Positions 17,875 to 28,100 of a stretch of DNA of 64,000 bases are shown piece by piece. Numbering within the stretch: the stretch's first letter is position 1; every line of letters begins with the position of its first letter. Below the pieces are notes generated by a model, which was not told the DNA's origin, did no database searches, and was given only the letters and a program-made list of their open reading frames with translations. Source of the DNA: Verrucomicrobiota bacterium (lineage in GTDB: Bacteria; Verrucomicrobiota; Verrucomicrobiia; Limisphaerales; UBA11358); NCBI GenBank assembly GCA_049517655.1, contig JBEKRQ010000002.1:193059-257058 (forward strand), read 5' to 3'. Position numbers and translations under genes: made by a program.

Positions 17875-19626
17875 ATGAACGAAGAACCCAAAAATATCTG
17901 GACGAGACCATGGAAAGGTCCCGCGAAAATTGTAGGCTGGTTCTTAATACTGGTCGTCGTCGTGTTTGCGGTCGTTCTTTGTATTGGTTTGGTCCCCGTC
18001 CAATCGACCATGACTGTGAATTTGGTGGCTTCCGCCCTGGCTATTGCCATCCTCGCCGCTTTCATTGGTATTCTAGTAATCCTGTTTGTCCGCTGGTTGT
18101 GCTGCTGGCGCAATTTCAAACGGTTCCTATTCGGTCTCGCTTGTTTCGTCACTTTGATTGCGCTGTTTTATGCCGAGGAGGACTGGCGGGGCTGGCATGC
18201 GTGGCAAAAGTTCAAACACACATGGGAGGCCAAAGGCGAACGGTTTGATATGGCCAGCGTGATTCCGTCGCCGGTGCCGGACGACCAAAACTTTGCGCTG
18301 ACGCCGATTGTCGCCAGTTGCTACAGCTACATTTTGGATAAGAATGGGCATCGAATTCAACCGCCGAACACAAACGTGGTTGATCGGCTGCAAATGACCG
18401 TTTCGCACAACTACGGTTACGACTCGCCCACTAACGGAATCGGCAACTGGCAGAAATCAACCATGAGCGATTTGAAAGTCTGGCAAAATTATTATCGGGC
18501 ACTGGCGGCGACAACGAACGAGTTCCCCGTCGCGTCGGAACCTCAATCGCCCGCTGCCGACGTATTGCTGGCGTTGAGCAAATATGATTCGGCCATTAAA
18601 GAACTGCGACAGGCAAGCCAAATGCCTTATTCCCGGTTCCCATTGAATTATGACAACGAACCTCCAGCGGAAATATTGCTCCCGCATCTGGCCGCGATGA
18701 AACGATGCAGCCAAGTTCTCCAACTGCGCGCCGTTGCTGAACTGCAAAATGGTCGAAGTGACGAGGCGCTCGCTGATGTGAAACTCATGTTGCGTCTGGC
18801 GGATTCGATGCACACCGAGCCGTTTTTGATTTCGCATCTGGTGCGAATTGCGATTGTGCAAATCGCCCTTCAACCGGTTTGGGAAGGTTTGGCGGAATAC
18901 AAATGGTCGGATGCACAGCTCACCGAACTCGACTCGGAACTCGCAAAAATGGATTTCTTGCCCGATTACGGTACAGCCATGCGTGGAGAAATGGTGCTGT
19001 GCCAAATCGGTAACATCGATTATTTGCGACGCCACCCCGAGCAACTTGCAAATTCTTCCGGCGAAGGCGACTCTTCGCCGCCTCGCTCAGCTCGAATCCT
19101 TTGCCATTTAATTCCCAGCGGCTGGTTTTATCAGAACCAGCTTCACTGCGCCCGCATGATGCTGGAACAAGGCCTGCCTGTGGCAGACACGGAGCGAAGG
19201 ATTGTTTCGCCGGCAGCCATTCGCAGGGCCGGTGCAGCCGCCGAAGCCGACATTGAACATCATAATCCTTACAACATTCTCGAAAGGATGTTGATGCCCG
19301 CATTCGGCGCCGCCACAGGAAGATTTGCCAACGGACAAAATGCGGTGGACATGGCGCGAGTAGCCATCGCTTTGGAGCGTTACCGGCTCGCGCACGGCGA
19401 GTATCCCGAATCGCTTGATGCGCTCACGCCGCAGTTCATCGCCAAACTGCCGCACGACATTATCAACGGCCAGCCATTGCATTACCGCCGCACTTCGGAT
19501 GGTCAATTTGTTCTTTATTCCGTCGGTTGGAATGAAACAGACGACGACGGAGAGGTTGGTCTCAACGAAAATGGTTCAGTGGACAGGGATAAGGGCGATT
19601 GGGTCTGGCAGTATCCGGCCAAATAA
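17875..19626 (+). CDS. membrane-anchored protein of unknown function with pseudopilin-like C-terminal motif
   Basis: Three N-terminal TM helices. C-terminus GEYPESLDALTPQFIAKLPHDIINGQPLHYRRTSDGQFVLYSVGWNETDDDGE resembles the GspG-type pseudopilin tail. Start moved to ATG 17875 because the track start lies inside a repeat. Confidence 0.55.
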   Translation: MNEEPKNIWTRPWKGPAKIVGWFLILVVVVFAVVLCIGLVPVQSTMTVNLVASALAIAILAAFIGILVILFVRWLCCWRNFKRFLFGLACFVTLIALFYAEEDWRGWHAWQKFKHTWEAKGERFDMASVIPSPVPDDQNFALTPIVASCYSYILDKNGHRIQPPNTNVVDRLQMTVSHNYGYDSPTNGIGNWQKSTMSDLKVWQNYYRALAATTNEFPVASEPQSPAADVLLALSKYDSAIKELRQASQMPYSRFPLNYDNEPPAEILLPHLAAMKRCSQVLQLRAVAELQNGRSDEALADVKLMLRLADSMHTEPFLISHLVRIAIVQIALQPVWEGLAEYKWSDAQLTELDSELAKMDFLPDYGTAMRGEMVLCQIGNIDYLRRHPEQLANSSGEGDSSPPRSARILCHLIPSGWFYQNQLHCARMMLEQGLPVADTERRIVSPAAIRRAGAAAEADIEHHNPYNILERMLMPAFGAATGRFANGQNAVDMARVAIALERYRLAHGEYPESLDALTPQFIAKLPHDIINGQPLHYRRTSDGQFVLYSVGWNETDDDGEVGLNENGSVDRDKGDWVWQYPAK

Positions 19627-19835
19627 CCGGAAGACGGAGGCCGGAAATCAGAAGGCGGAAAAATTTCGGCACCGATTTCTGATCTCCATTTTTACTTTGT
19701 GCCTTCGTGTCTTTGTGGTGGAATTTCCATCAACTTTCACTGGGCACGACAAACTGCTCGCCATATCCGTGTATCAACGGCATATTGTGGGCGATTTATG
19801 TTGTCGTTTCAGTTTAGAATCCGGGGTTTGGCCAG

Positions 19836-20942
19836 ATGAACCAGATTCCCTATCTCGATTTGCCCGCGCAAATTCGCGGCATCCGCAAAGACCTTGATGC
19901 CGCCATTGCGCGAACGCTCGACAATTGCTCATTCTGCCTCGGCCCGGACGTGACGCAGTTTGAAAAGGACTTCGCCGGATACATCGGCGCGGAGCATTGC
20001 GTCGGCTTAAACAGCGGCACTTCGGCGCTGCACGTCGCCATGCTGCTGCTCGGTGTCGGTCCCGGCGACGAAGTCATCACCACGCCGTTCACGTTTGTCG
20101 CAACGAGTTGGGCAATTTCCTATGTCGGTGCGAAACCGGTTTATGTGGATATTGACGACGCGACGTTCAATCTTGATTCCAAGCTCATCGAACGCGCCAT
20201 CACGCCGCGCACCAAGGCCGTCCTGCCGGTGCATCTTTATGGTAATCCGTTCGATCTCGATCCAATTCTGGCGATCTGCAAAAAACACAAATTGCCGCTG
20301 GTTGAGGACACGGCACAGGCGCACGGCGCAAAATACAAAGGCAAGACCGTCGGCGCGTTCGGTGACATTGCCTGCTTCAGTTTTTATCCCGGAAAAAATC
20401 TCGGCGCCTGCGGCGAAGGCGGGGCACTCGTAACGAACAACTCCGTTTTTGACAAACGCGCCCGCGCCCTGCGTGAACATGGCTCGACTGTCCGGTATTA
20501 TCACGACGAGGTTGGTTTCAACTATCGCATGGAAGGTTTTCAGGGCGCAGTCCTCGGTGTGAAGTTGAAACATCTGGAAGAATGGACGCGCGAACGCCGC
20601 CGCGTCGCGCACCGCTACCACGAACTTCTGGCTGATACGCCGTTGCAACTGCCGTGTGAAACCGCCGGTGCCGAAAGCGCATGGCATCTTTACGTCGTGC
20701 GCCATCCGCGCCGCGACGAACTCAAAAAACATCTCGAAGACAACGGTGTCGGTTGCGCGCTGCATTATCCACTGCCGTTGCACTTGCAGAAATGCTACGC
20801 GAATCTCGGCCACAAGAGCGGTGATTTTCCAGTTGCCGAAAAAGCCGCGCGCGAATGTTTGAGTCTGCCGATTTATCCCGAATTGACCGACGCGCAAATC
20901 CAGCGCGTGGTGAGGGTCATCAGGGAATTTTTCAAAAATTAG
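19836..20942 (+). CDS. DegT/DnrJ/EryC1/StrS-family PLP aminotransferase
   Basis: GAEHCVGLNSGTSALHVAM, ITTPFTFVATS, FSFYPGKNLGACGEGGALVTN (PLP Lys), NYRMEGFQGAVL. Confidence 0.9.
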   Translation: MNQIPYLDLPAQIRGIRKDLDAAIARTLDNCSFCLGPDVTQFEKDFAGYIGAEHCVGLNSGTSALHVAMLLLGVGPGDEVITTPFTFVATSWAISYVGAKPVYVDIDDATFNLDSKLIERAITPRTKAVLPVHLYGNPFDLDPILAICKKHKLPLVEDTAQAHGAKYKGKTVGAFGDIACFSFYPGKNLGACGEGGALVTNNSVFDKRARALREHGSTVRYYHDEVGFNYRMEGFQGAVLGVKLKHLEEWTRERRRVAHRYHELLADTPLQLPCETAGAESAWHLYVVRHPRRDELKKHLEDNGVGCALHYPLPLHLQKCYANLGHKSGDFPVAEKAARECLSLPIYPELTDAQIQRVVRVIREFFKN

Positions 20943-20961
20943 TCCGTCACCCATATTATCC

Positions 20962-21966
20962 ATGAAAACCGCCAAACCCAAAGACACCGCCACCAGCCGC
21001 TGGCTCTCGTTCCGGCCTGAAATCAAAGTCCTCGATTGCACCATCCGCGACGGCGGATTGATGAACAACCACCACTTCGACGACAAAATCGTCAAGGCGG
21101 TTTATGACACGTGCGTCGCGGCGGGCATTGATTACATGGAACTCGGCTACAAGGCGTCGCGCAAAGCCATCAAGGTCGGCGAATACGGCTGCTGGAAATT
21201 CTGTCTGGAAGACGACCTCCGCCGCGTCGTGGGTGACAACCAGACCGGCTTGAAACTTTCCGCCATGGCCGACGCCGAGAAATGCGATTACAAGGAAGAT
21301 ATTTTGCCGAAGAAGGACAGCGTCCTGGACATGATTCGCGTGGCGACTTACATCAACCAGATTCCCACCGCGCTCGACATGGTCAGGGATGCGCACGACA
21401 AGGGCTACGAGACCACCATCAATCTGATGGCCGTCTCCGCCGTGCCGGAACACGAATTGGACGAGGGACTGGAAATGCTCGCCGCGTCCGAGGCCAAGGC
21501 CATTTATGTTGTGGACAGCTTCGGCGCGCTTTACAGTGAGCGGGTGCATTACCTGGTGAAAAAATACCAGCACTACTGCAAGACATCGGGCAAGGAAGTG
21601 GGTGTGCACATGCACAATAACATGCAGCTCGCCTACGCCAACACCATTGAAGGCATCATCGCGGGCGCAAATTTTCTGGACGGCACCATGGCCGGTCTGG
21701 GCCGCGGCGCGGGCAACTGCCCGATGGAATTGCTCCTCGCATTTCTGCACAACCCGAAATACGACCTACGCCCAGTGCTCGGCTGCGTGCAAAACCACAT
21801 CGAGCCGATGCGCGCCAAGCTCCTGTGGGGTTACGACCTGCCCTACATGCTCACCGGCATGTTGAACCAGCATCCGCGCACCGCCATCAAATTCAAGGAA
21901 GCCGAACTCAAGGGCGAGAAGGGCGACATCCTCCAGTTCCACGATACCGTCACGGATCAGGAATAA
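20962..21966 (+). CDS. HMGL-like (pyruvate carboxyltransferase/aldolase TIM-barrel) protein
   Basis: VLDCTIRDGG...MELGY...VHMHNNMQLAYANTIEGIIAGANFLDGTMAGLGRGAGNCPMELL is the DRE-TIM metallolyase pattern. Confidence 0.75.
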   Translation: MKTAKPKDTATSRWLSFRPEIKVLDCTIRDGGLMNNHHFDDKIVKAVYDTCVAAGIDYMELGYKASRKAIKVGEYGCWKFCLEDDLRRVVGDNQTGLKLSAMADAEKCDYKEDILPKKDSVLDMIRVATYINQIPTALDMVRDAHDKGYETTINLMAVSAVPEHELDEGLEMLAASEAKAIYVVDSFGALYSERVHYLVKKYQHYCKTSGKEVGVHMHNNMQLAYANTIEGIIAGANFLDGTMAGLGRGAGNCPMELLLAFLHNPKYDLRPVLGCVQNHIEPMRAKLLWGYDLPYMLTGMLNQHPRTAIKFKEAELKGEKGDILQFHDTVTDQE

Positions 21967-21982
21967 AGACTAAAGTTGGGGT

Positions 21983-22011
21983 GAGTGTCCTCGCGAGCCG
22001 AGACACTTTTT
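21983..22011 (+). terminator. rho-independent terminator built from a dispersed repeat core
   Basis: AGTGTC-CTCGCGAGCCGA-GACACT followed by TTTTT, 17 nt after the HMGL-like stop. 21978-22000 matches 6114-6136 at 22/23 positions. Confidence 0.6.
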
Positions 22012-22162
22012 GCCGCATTCGTTACGCCGATACAGTGTAAACGCGGAAACAGCTTCTGTTTATCTTTGCAACCACCGGTTTGCCGGTTAGAATCAACCGC
22101 GATAGATGCAACTGGTTAGATGGTATGTCCCTCGAAACCACACTCAATCGTAGTAATATTCA

Positions 22163-23082
22163 ATGACAATGACGCTGTTGCAACAGATACGAGATGAAGC
22201 GGTTGGTAAGGGAACTGACTTAGCGGTGATCCTCCGCAAATGCCGGGTTCTGGCGCAACGGCTCAAGAATGAAGAGTTTAAACAGTGGGTGGACTACGAG
22301 TTAAATGGGTATCCGTCGTCTCAATCCATTCCGGATTACCGATATCTTAAACACTGCATTTGTTGTGGGAATTTCATCTCGCCGGTCGGGCACCAATTGA
22401 GTAATGCTCAAATTCCGATGCTTAATATACCAGAGAAATTCAGAAAACCTTTAATGGAAATGACATTCCCCGCCAGCATCGTACAACTACAGGACGACAT
22501 CAAACAGGCAGATGATGGTATCCTCAAATACGCATGGCCGCCTGATTTGTCCCGCTTTCTTGGCAATAATTTCTATCCGAACTTCAGCTTGCTGGAGGCA
22601 TGGAGGCTGTCCCGGTTAGCGTCGTGGCGGGAATATTAGACACGATTAGAAACCGCGTTCTGAATTTCGTTTTGGACATTGAATCTGAAAACCCGAAAGC
22701 AGGAGAAGCCATTGTAAGCGAACATCCAGTCCCACCAGAGAAAGTTGAGCAAATATTTCATACTCATATTTATGGAAACGTGGGTAATGTTGCGGCAGGA
22801 TCGCATGCATTTTTTCAAAACGCTTCCATCAATGTTTTACAGAATGATTTTAAATCTCTCGCAGAATTCGTTAGATCCATCGGCGGGGCAGATGAGGACT
22901 GCAACGAATTACAGAAGGCAATCCAGGCTGATGGTCAGCCTACGGGCAAGAGCTTCGGAAAGAAAGTGGCCGGCTGGTTAGGTGGGATGGTAACAAAGGC
23001 CGCCCAAGGGATGCTTAAAGTAAGCGAGGATGTAGCAGCCAAAGTCATATCCGAAAAGCTCAAGCAATATTACGGCGTCTAG
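22163..23082 (+). pseudogene. AbiTii-like abortive-infection-type protein, split by a frameshift near 22600
   Basis: N-terminus LLQQIRDEAVGKGTDLAVILRKCRVLAQRLKNEEFKQWVDYELNGYPSSQSIPDYRYL matches my memory of the AbiTii N-terminal signature. ORFs 22163..22639 and 22600..23082 overlap in different frames, and the second frame is open from 22570. Confidence 0.5.
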
Positions 23083-23095
23083 GTAGAACACCGCA

Positions 23096-24079
23096 TTAAT
23101 GACGTTGTCCGCGAACGCGGTAACGTCCATGTGGTTCTGCCAAGGCCATGGTGAGCTGGCTTTCTTCGACTGCCTCTTGCGGATAATCGCTCAAATCGAA
23201 TTCAAGGCTGTCGCCCTCGAACGTCGGGTAAAGCACAGCCAGCTTGGGTATCGCGGTTTCGGCGAGGCGGAAATAATCTTTGTCAATTTCAATTCCGACT
23301 GACCGGTAGCCGACCGCTTCGGCGGCGGCGATGGTTGAACCGGAGCCCATGAACGGGTCGAGCATTAACCCCTCGCCCAACGGCAGCAAGGCGCGCACGA
23401 TGATGCGCATGAAATGCTGCGGCTTCAGGCATGGATGATCGGAAATGGCTTCTTCACGCTTGGGAGTTCGACCACTGGGAACGACTTCGGGAAATGGTTT
23501 GTCGGTAGAGAGACGCCGCAAGCCGCCGGTTTTCCATTTTCGGAGATTTTCGGCCACGGTTTTTTCACCGACCGGTTTGCGGAACAGCATCCATGGTTCG
23601 TAAGCGCCTTTTGGCGTTACGCAAACTTCCGGAAATTCCTTTTCGGCGTTCTTGGGCCGGTCGCCGCCGCGAAAGCCAAAATACAACCGCATGATGGCCG
23701 GGCGGACCTCGTAGCCGACTTCAGCCATCGCTCCCTGCACGTGATGTTGCAGGATGGGATGCCCGGCAACGCATACGTGCGCGCCGGGAACGAGGGCGTC
23801 AAATAGAATCTTTCCAAAATCGCGGAAGAATGCTCGAAGTTTCTGCTTCTCTTCGTCGGTCAGCACGGTGAACCGGGGCAACGGATCGCGTTTGTGTCCG
23901 CCGATAGCGGGAGGCAGCCGCCAGACGCCGCCGCGCCCGTTGCGCAGCTTGGACAACTCTTTCTCCGAGAATTCGATCAGCCCGTAAGGCGGGTCGGTGC
24001 AGACGGCATGAATGGTCTGCGGCGGACAGCCGCGTAGCCATTCAAAGCAATCTGCGAGGTGAATCTCGTATTTCCTCAT
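23096..24079 (-). CDS. DNA methyltransferase, beta-class N6A/N4C (type II R-M)
   Basis: Motif IV VCTDPPYGL lies N-terminal to motif I FMGSGSTIAAAEAVGYRSVGIEID (order IV...I indicates beta class). The ORF-track start 24088 is TTG; the first ATG is 24079. Confidence 0.85.
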   Translation of the reverse strand: MRKYEIHLADCFEWLRGCPPQTIHAVCTDPPYGLIEFSEKELSKLRNGRGGVWRLPPAIGGHKRDPLPRFTVLTDEEKQKLRAFFRDFGKILFDALVPGAHVCVAGHPILQHHVQGAMAEVGYEVRPAIMRLYFGFRGGDRPKNAEKEFPEVCVTPKGAYEPWMLFRKPVGEKTVAENLRKWKTGGLRRLSTDKPFPEVVPSGRTPKREEAISDHPCLKPQHFMRIIVRALLPLGEGLMLDPFMGSGSTIAAAEAVGYRSVGIEIDKDYFRLAETAIPKLAVLYPTFEGDSLEFDLSDYPQEAVEESQLTMALAEPHGRYRVRGQRH

Positions 24080-24092
24080 CGCGCGCAATTTT

Positions 24093-24139
24093 CAACTATA
24101 GTCGAAAGACAATCAAGCCTGTTTTTGGTATCAACTATA
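24093..24139. promoter_or_regulatory. candidate operator pair in the divergent M/R promoter region
   Basis: TCAACTATA occurs twice (24093-24101 and 24131-24139). The first copy contains the perfect palindrome ACTATAGT (24095-24102). Both lie in the 66-bp spacer between the divergent methylase and HTH-endonuclease starts. Confidence 0.35.
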
Positions 24140-24145
24140 AACGAA

Positions 24146-25042
24146 ATGGATGCTAAGACCGTCATCGGCAATTTCGTCCGCCGTCTGCGTGAGCAAAAGA
24201 GATTGACGCAGGATGAACTGGCCGCGCGAACCGGCATCACCTACCAGTATTTATCCGGTTTGGAGAACGGACGCGAGAATTTTTCCATTGGCATTCTCGA
24301 ATCGCTCGGCGAGTCATTGAATTGTCCGCTCCCCCAACTCGTGGCGGGTGCATTTGCCGGTCCAGCGGCCATTTCAACGGGCGAAGCTAATCCAGATTAT
24401 TTCCGTTCAAAAGTTCCGTTACCGCCCGGCCTCAAGATCGCTCATCTGCAACGCGCAATGAGCGAGACTCAGCGGATTGTTTCGCTGATTAACGCGAACC
24501 TGTTGGCCAGCAGCGCGAAGCCATTGCCGCAATATATTCAGGGCAACAACTTCAGCGGGCTTGTTTCCAACATTCTCTGTGACGCGATTCACGAAAACTC
24601 TCCATATAAACATAACTCTGACCAAGCGTATCCAGACCTGATCAATCCAAAGGTTTCTGTGAAAGGCAAGCCGGTCGGTTTGGAGGTCAAGTCAACAATC
24701 CAAGTCGGCAAAGGTGGAGAAAGTCACAATGGACATTCCGGCTGGCATCTGGTGGCGTGCTTCGCAATCGATCGAAAGACGGGTAACATTCGCTTCATTC
24801 ATGCCATGGTTGCCGTGCTCAACGGTCACAACCAACCCGAGCCGGATTGGGTTTACGTGGGCAGCAAAGTGAACGTTGATACCGGCAGCCGCCGAACCGA
24901 GACATACAACACAACGTTGATTGGCACGACAAAACTGCGGGACGGTTCAGTTTATCTTGATCCCACCGAGATAAACTTCAAACGTTGGCGACAGGGCCGA
25001 CATGGGCCTGTGCCTTCCTACTCGATCTTTTATCCGTGTTAA
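24146..25042 (+). CDS. XRE-type HTH domain fused to a PD-(D/E)xK restriction endonuclease-like domain
   Basis: N-terminus FVRRLREQKRLTQDELAARTGITYQYLSGLENGREN (HTH_XRE). C-terminal AYPDL...GKPVGLEVKST gives a PD...E-x-K pattern. Divergent from the methylase. The track start 24059 is GTG inside the methylase 5' end, so I use ATG 24146. Confidence 0.55.
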   Translation: MDAKTVIGNFVRRLREQKRLTQDELAARTGITYQYLSGLENGRENFSIGILESLGESLNCPLPQLVAGAFAGPAAISTGEANPDYFRSKVPLPPGLKIAHLQRAMSETQRIVSLINANLLASSAKPLPQYIQGNNFSGLVSNILCDAIHENSPYKHNSDQAYPDLINPKVSVKGKPVGLEVKSTIQVGKGGESHNGHSGWHLVACFAIDRKTGNIRFIHAMVAVLNGHNQPEPDWVYVGSKVNVDTGSRRTETYNTTLIGTTKLRDGSVYLDPTEINFKRWRQGRHGPVPSYSIFYPC

Positions 25043-25110
25043 TCCGTGTCCATCCATGGTTGATGACTTTGTGTCTTGGTGTCTTGGCGGTTGGAAGTTA
25101 AACTGCCTTC

Positions 25111-28100
25111 ATGTCGCACGCGGATTTTGTTCATCTTCATCTGCACACCGAGTATTCGTTGCTCGATGGCGCCTGCCGTGTGGACAAGCTCGTCGAGAAG
25201 GCGCATGAACTGAAATTCCCCGCGCTTGCCATCACCGACCACGGCGTGCTTTACGGCGCGATTGACTTTTACAAGGCTGCGAGAGAGAAGGGCATCAAAC
25301 CCATCATCGGTTGCGAGGCGTATGTCGCGCCGGGCAGCCGGTTGGAAAAGAAAGCCGCCGGCGGGGGGCGCGATGTTTATCACCATCTGCTGCTGCTGGC
25401 CAGGGACGCGACCGGCTACAAAAACCTCATCAAGCTCACCACGGAGGCGCATCTCACCGGCTATTATTACAAGCCGCGCATAGACAAGGAACTGCTCGCC
25501 GCGCACAAGGACGGGTTGATTGTGCTATCGGGCTGCCTTGCCAGTGAAATTCCCGAATGGATTCAAAAGGACCAGCCGGACAAGGCGCGCGCGGCCATTG
25601 ACTGGTTCAAGCAAACGCTCGGCGCAGACAATTTTTATCTCGAACTGCAAAATCACGGCATCGCGGAACAGGCGAAGGTGAACCGCCACCTGATTCAATG
25701 GGCAAAGGAATTCGGCTTGAAGCTCGTCGCGACGAACGATGTGCATTACATCGAGAAGAGCCATTCGCACGCGCACGACTGCCTGATTTGCATCGGCACG
25801 CAGATGCAGCTCGCCGACACGAAACGAATGCGCTACGAGCCGGAGCAATTTTATCTGCGCTCGGCGGAGGAAATGAAGGCGCGCTTCGCTGACACGCCGG
25901 ACGCGATCAAAAACACGCTCGAAGTCGCCGAGAAATGCAACGTCGAGATCCAGTTCGGCAAGCTGCATTATCCCGTCTTCACCCCGCCGGAACATTTCAC
26001 GCGCGAGGGTTATTTGCGCAAGCTGGTCGCGGAAGGATTATTCCGCCGCTATACGATTCACGCCAAAGCCGAGGGGAAGGAATTCCTCATCGAGGGAATT
26101 GATGATCCGAAGCGATTGCCAACATTTGATGTGGGACAGGCTTCCAGCCTGTCTCAAACTTCAAATGGAACTGCTCCCAAGAAAGAAGGCGACAGGCAGG
26201 ATGCCTGTCCCACCTTGGATGATCCCACCGTCGCCGCAGCCATCAAAGCCGTGTTGGATCGGTTGAAACTTGAACTCGCGGTTATTGAAAAGACCGGTTT
26301 CATCAGTTACTTTCTCGTCGTCGGCGATTTCATCCGCTACGGGCACGAACACGGCATTGCTTGCGTGGCGCGCGGTTCCGCCGCCGGTTCGATTGTCACT
26401 TACCTGCTGGAAATTTCAAACGTGGACCCGATCCGCTACGGCCTGCTGTTCGAGCGCTTTCTCAATCCCGAACGCATCAGCCCGCCGGACATTGACATTG
26501 ATTTTGCCGACGACCGCCGCGCCGATGTCATCGAGTATGTCCGCGAGAAATACGGACGCGATTCCGTCGCGCAAATCATCACCTTCGGCACGATGGGTGC
26601 GAAGTCCGTCGTGCGCGACGTTGGCCGTGTGATGGGTTTGAGCTACGGCGACTGCGACCGGCTCGCCAGGATGATTCCGTTCGATTTGAAGATGACGCTT
26701 GAAAAGGCGCTCAAGCAGTCACCGGAATTCAAGGAGGCTTACGAAGCCGAGGAAGCCACGCGCGAGTTGGTTGACACCGCGCTTATTCTCGAAGACATCA
26801 CGCGCAACGCCTCCGTCCACGCTGCCGGCGTCGTCATCGGCGACCAGCCGCTGGTGAATCTGCTGCCGCTCAAGCAGGACGAAAGCGGCACGCTTGTCAC
26901 GCAATACGCGATGAATCCCGTCGGCGACCTTGGCCTGTTGAAGATGGATTTTCTCGGGCTGAAGACGCTGACCGTCATCCGCAACGCGTGTGAAATGGTC
27001 AAGCGCACGCACGGCATTGAAGTGCCGATCGATAATCTGCCGCTCGACGACGCAAAGACCTACGACCTGCTCAATCGCGCGGAAACGCTCGGCGTGTTCC
27101 AATTGGAATCCGGCGGGATGCGGGATTTGTGCCGCAAATTTCAAATCAGTTCCATCGAGCACATCACGGCGCTGGTCGCGCTTTATCGTCCGGGGCCGAT
27201 GGAATTGATTCCCGAATTCATCCGCCGCCGGCACGGTGAGGTAAAGATCGAGTATGAACATCCGTTGCTCGAACCGATTACGCGCGAGACGTACGGGATT
27301 TTGATTTATCAGGAGCAGGTGATGCAGGCCGCGCAGGTGCTCGCGGGTTACACGCTCGGCGGCGCGGATTTGCTCCGGCGCGCGATGGGCAAAAAGAAGC
27401 GGGAGGAAATGGCCAAGCAACGCGCCATTTTCGTCAAGGGCTGCAAGGAGAAAAATCATATCCCCGAAAAAAAGGCGAATGAGATTTTTGACTTGCTCGA
27501 AAAATTCGCAGGCTACGGCTTCAATAAATCACATGCCGTCGCCTACGCCATCGTTGCGTATCAAACCGCTTATCTGAAGGCGAATTATCCGGTGGAATTC
27601 CTGTGCGCCATGATGACGAATGACATGGCAGACACTGCGAAACTCGCGCAGTTCATCAACGAAGCGCGTGAGTTCGACATCGAGGTTTTGCAGCCGGATG
27701 TCAACGAAAGCCAGGTTTATTTCGCGCCGGCACGGGATGGCAAGGCCATTCGCTTCGGTCTCGCCGCCATCAAAGGCGTGGGCGAAGTCGCGGTGGAAAC
27801 CATTTTGAAGGCGCGGAACGAAGGCGGAAAATTTAAATCGCTCTCCGATTTGTGCGAGCGGGTGGACAGCCGTACGGTGAACCGGAAAATTTTGGATGCG
27901 CTCATCAAATCCGGCGCGTGCGATGGTTTCGGCCAGACGCGTGCCACGCTTTGCGCCCAAATCGAACGCACTTTGGGCCGCGCCGCGAGCATCACCTCCG
28001 ATCGCCAGCGCGGGCAAAGCTCCCTTTTCGGCGTGCTCGAAGAAAAAGCGCCGCAGATGCCCGAGTCCATCAGCAATTTGCCCGAATGGCCGCAACACGA

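Noticed and set aside
20007-21095. 362-aa minus-strand ORF (and 20956..21750)
   Set aside because: Both are antisense to the DegT-family and HMGL-like genes, which have strong motif support.
22600-23082. An independent 160-aa gene downstream of the AbiTii-like ORF
   Set aside because: It overlaps the upstream ORF by 40 nt in another frame and that frame is already open from 22570. The sequence reads as a continuation (..VVAGILDTIRNRVLNFVLDIE..), so a single frameshifted gene is more parsimonious. Not fully excluded.
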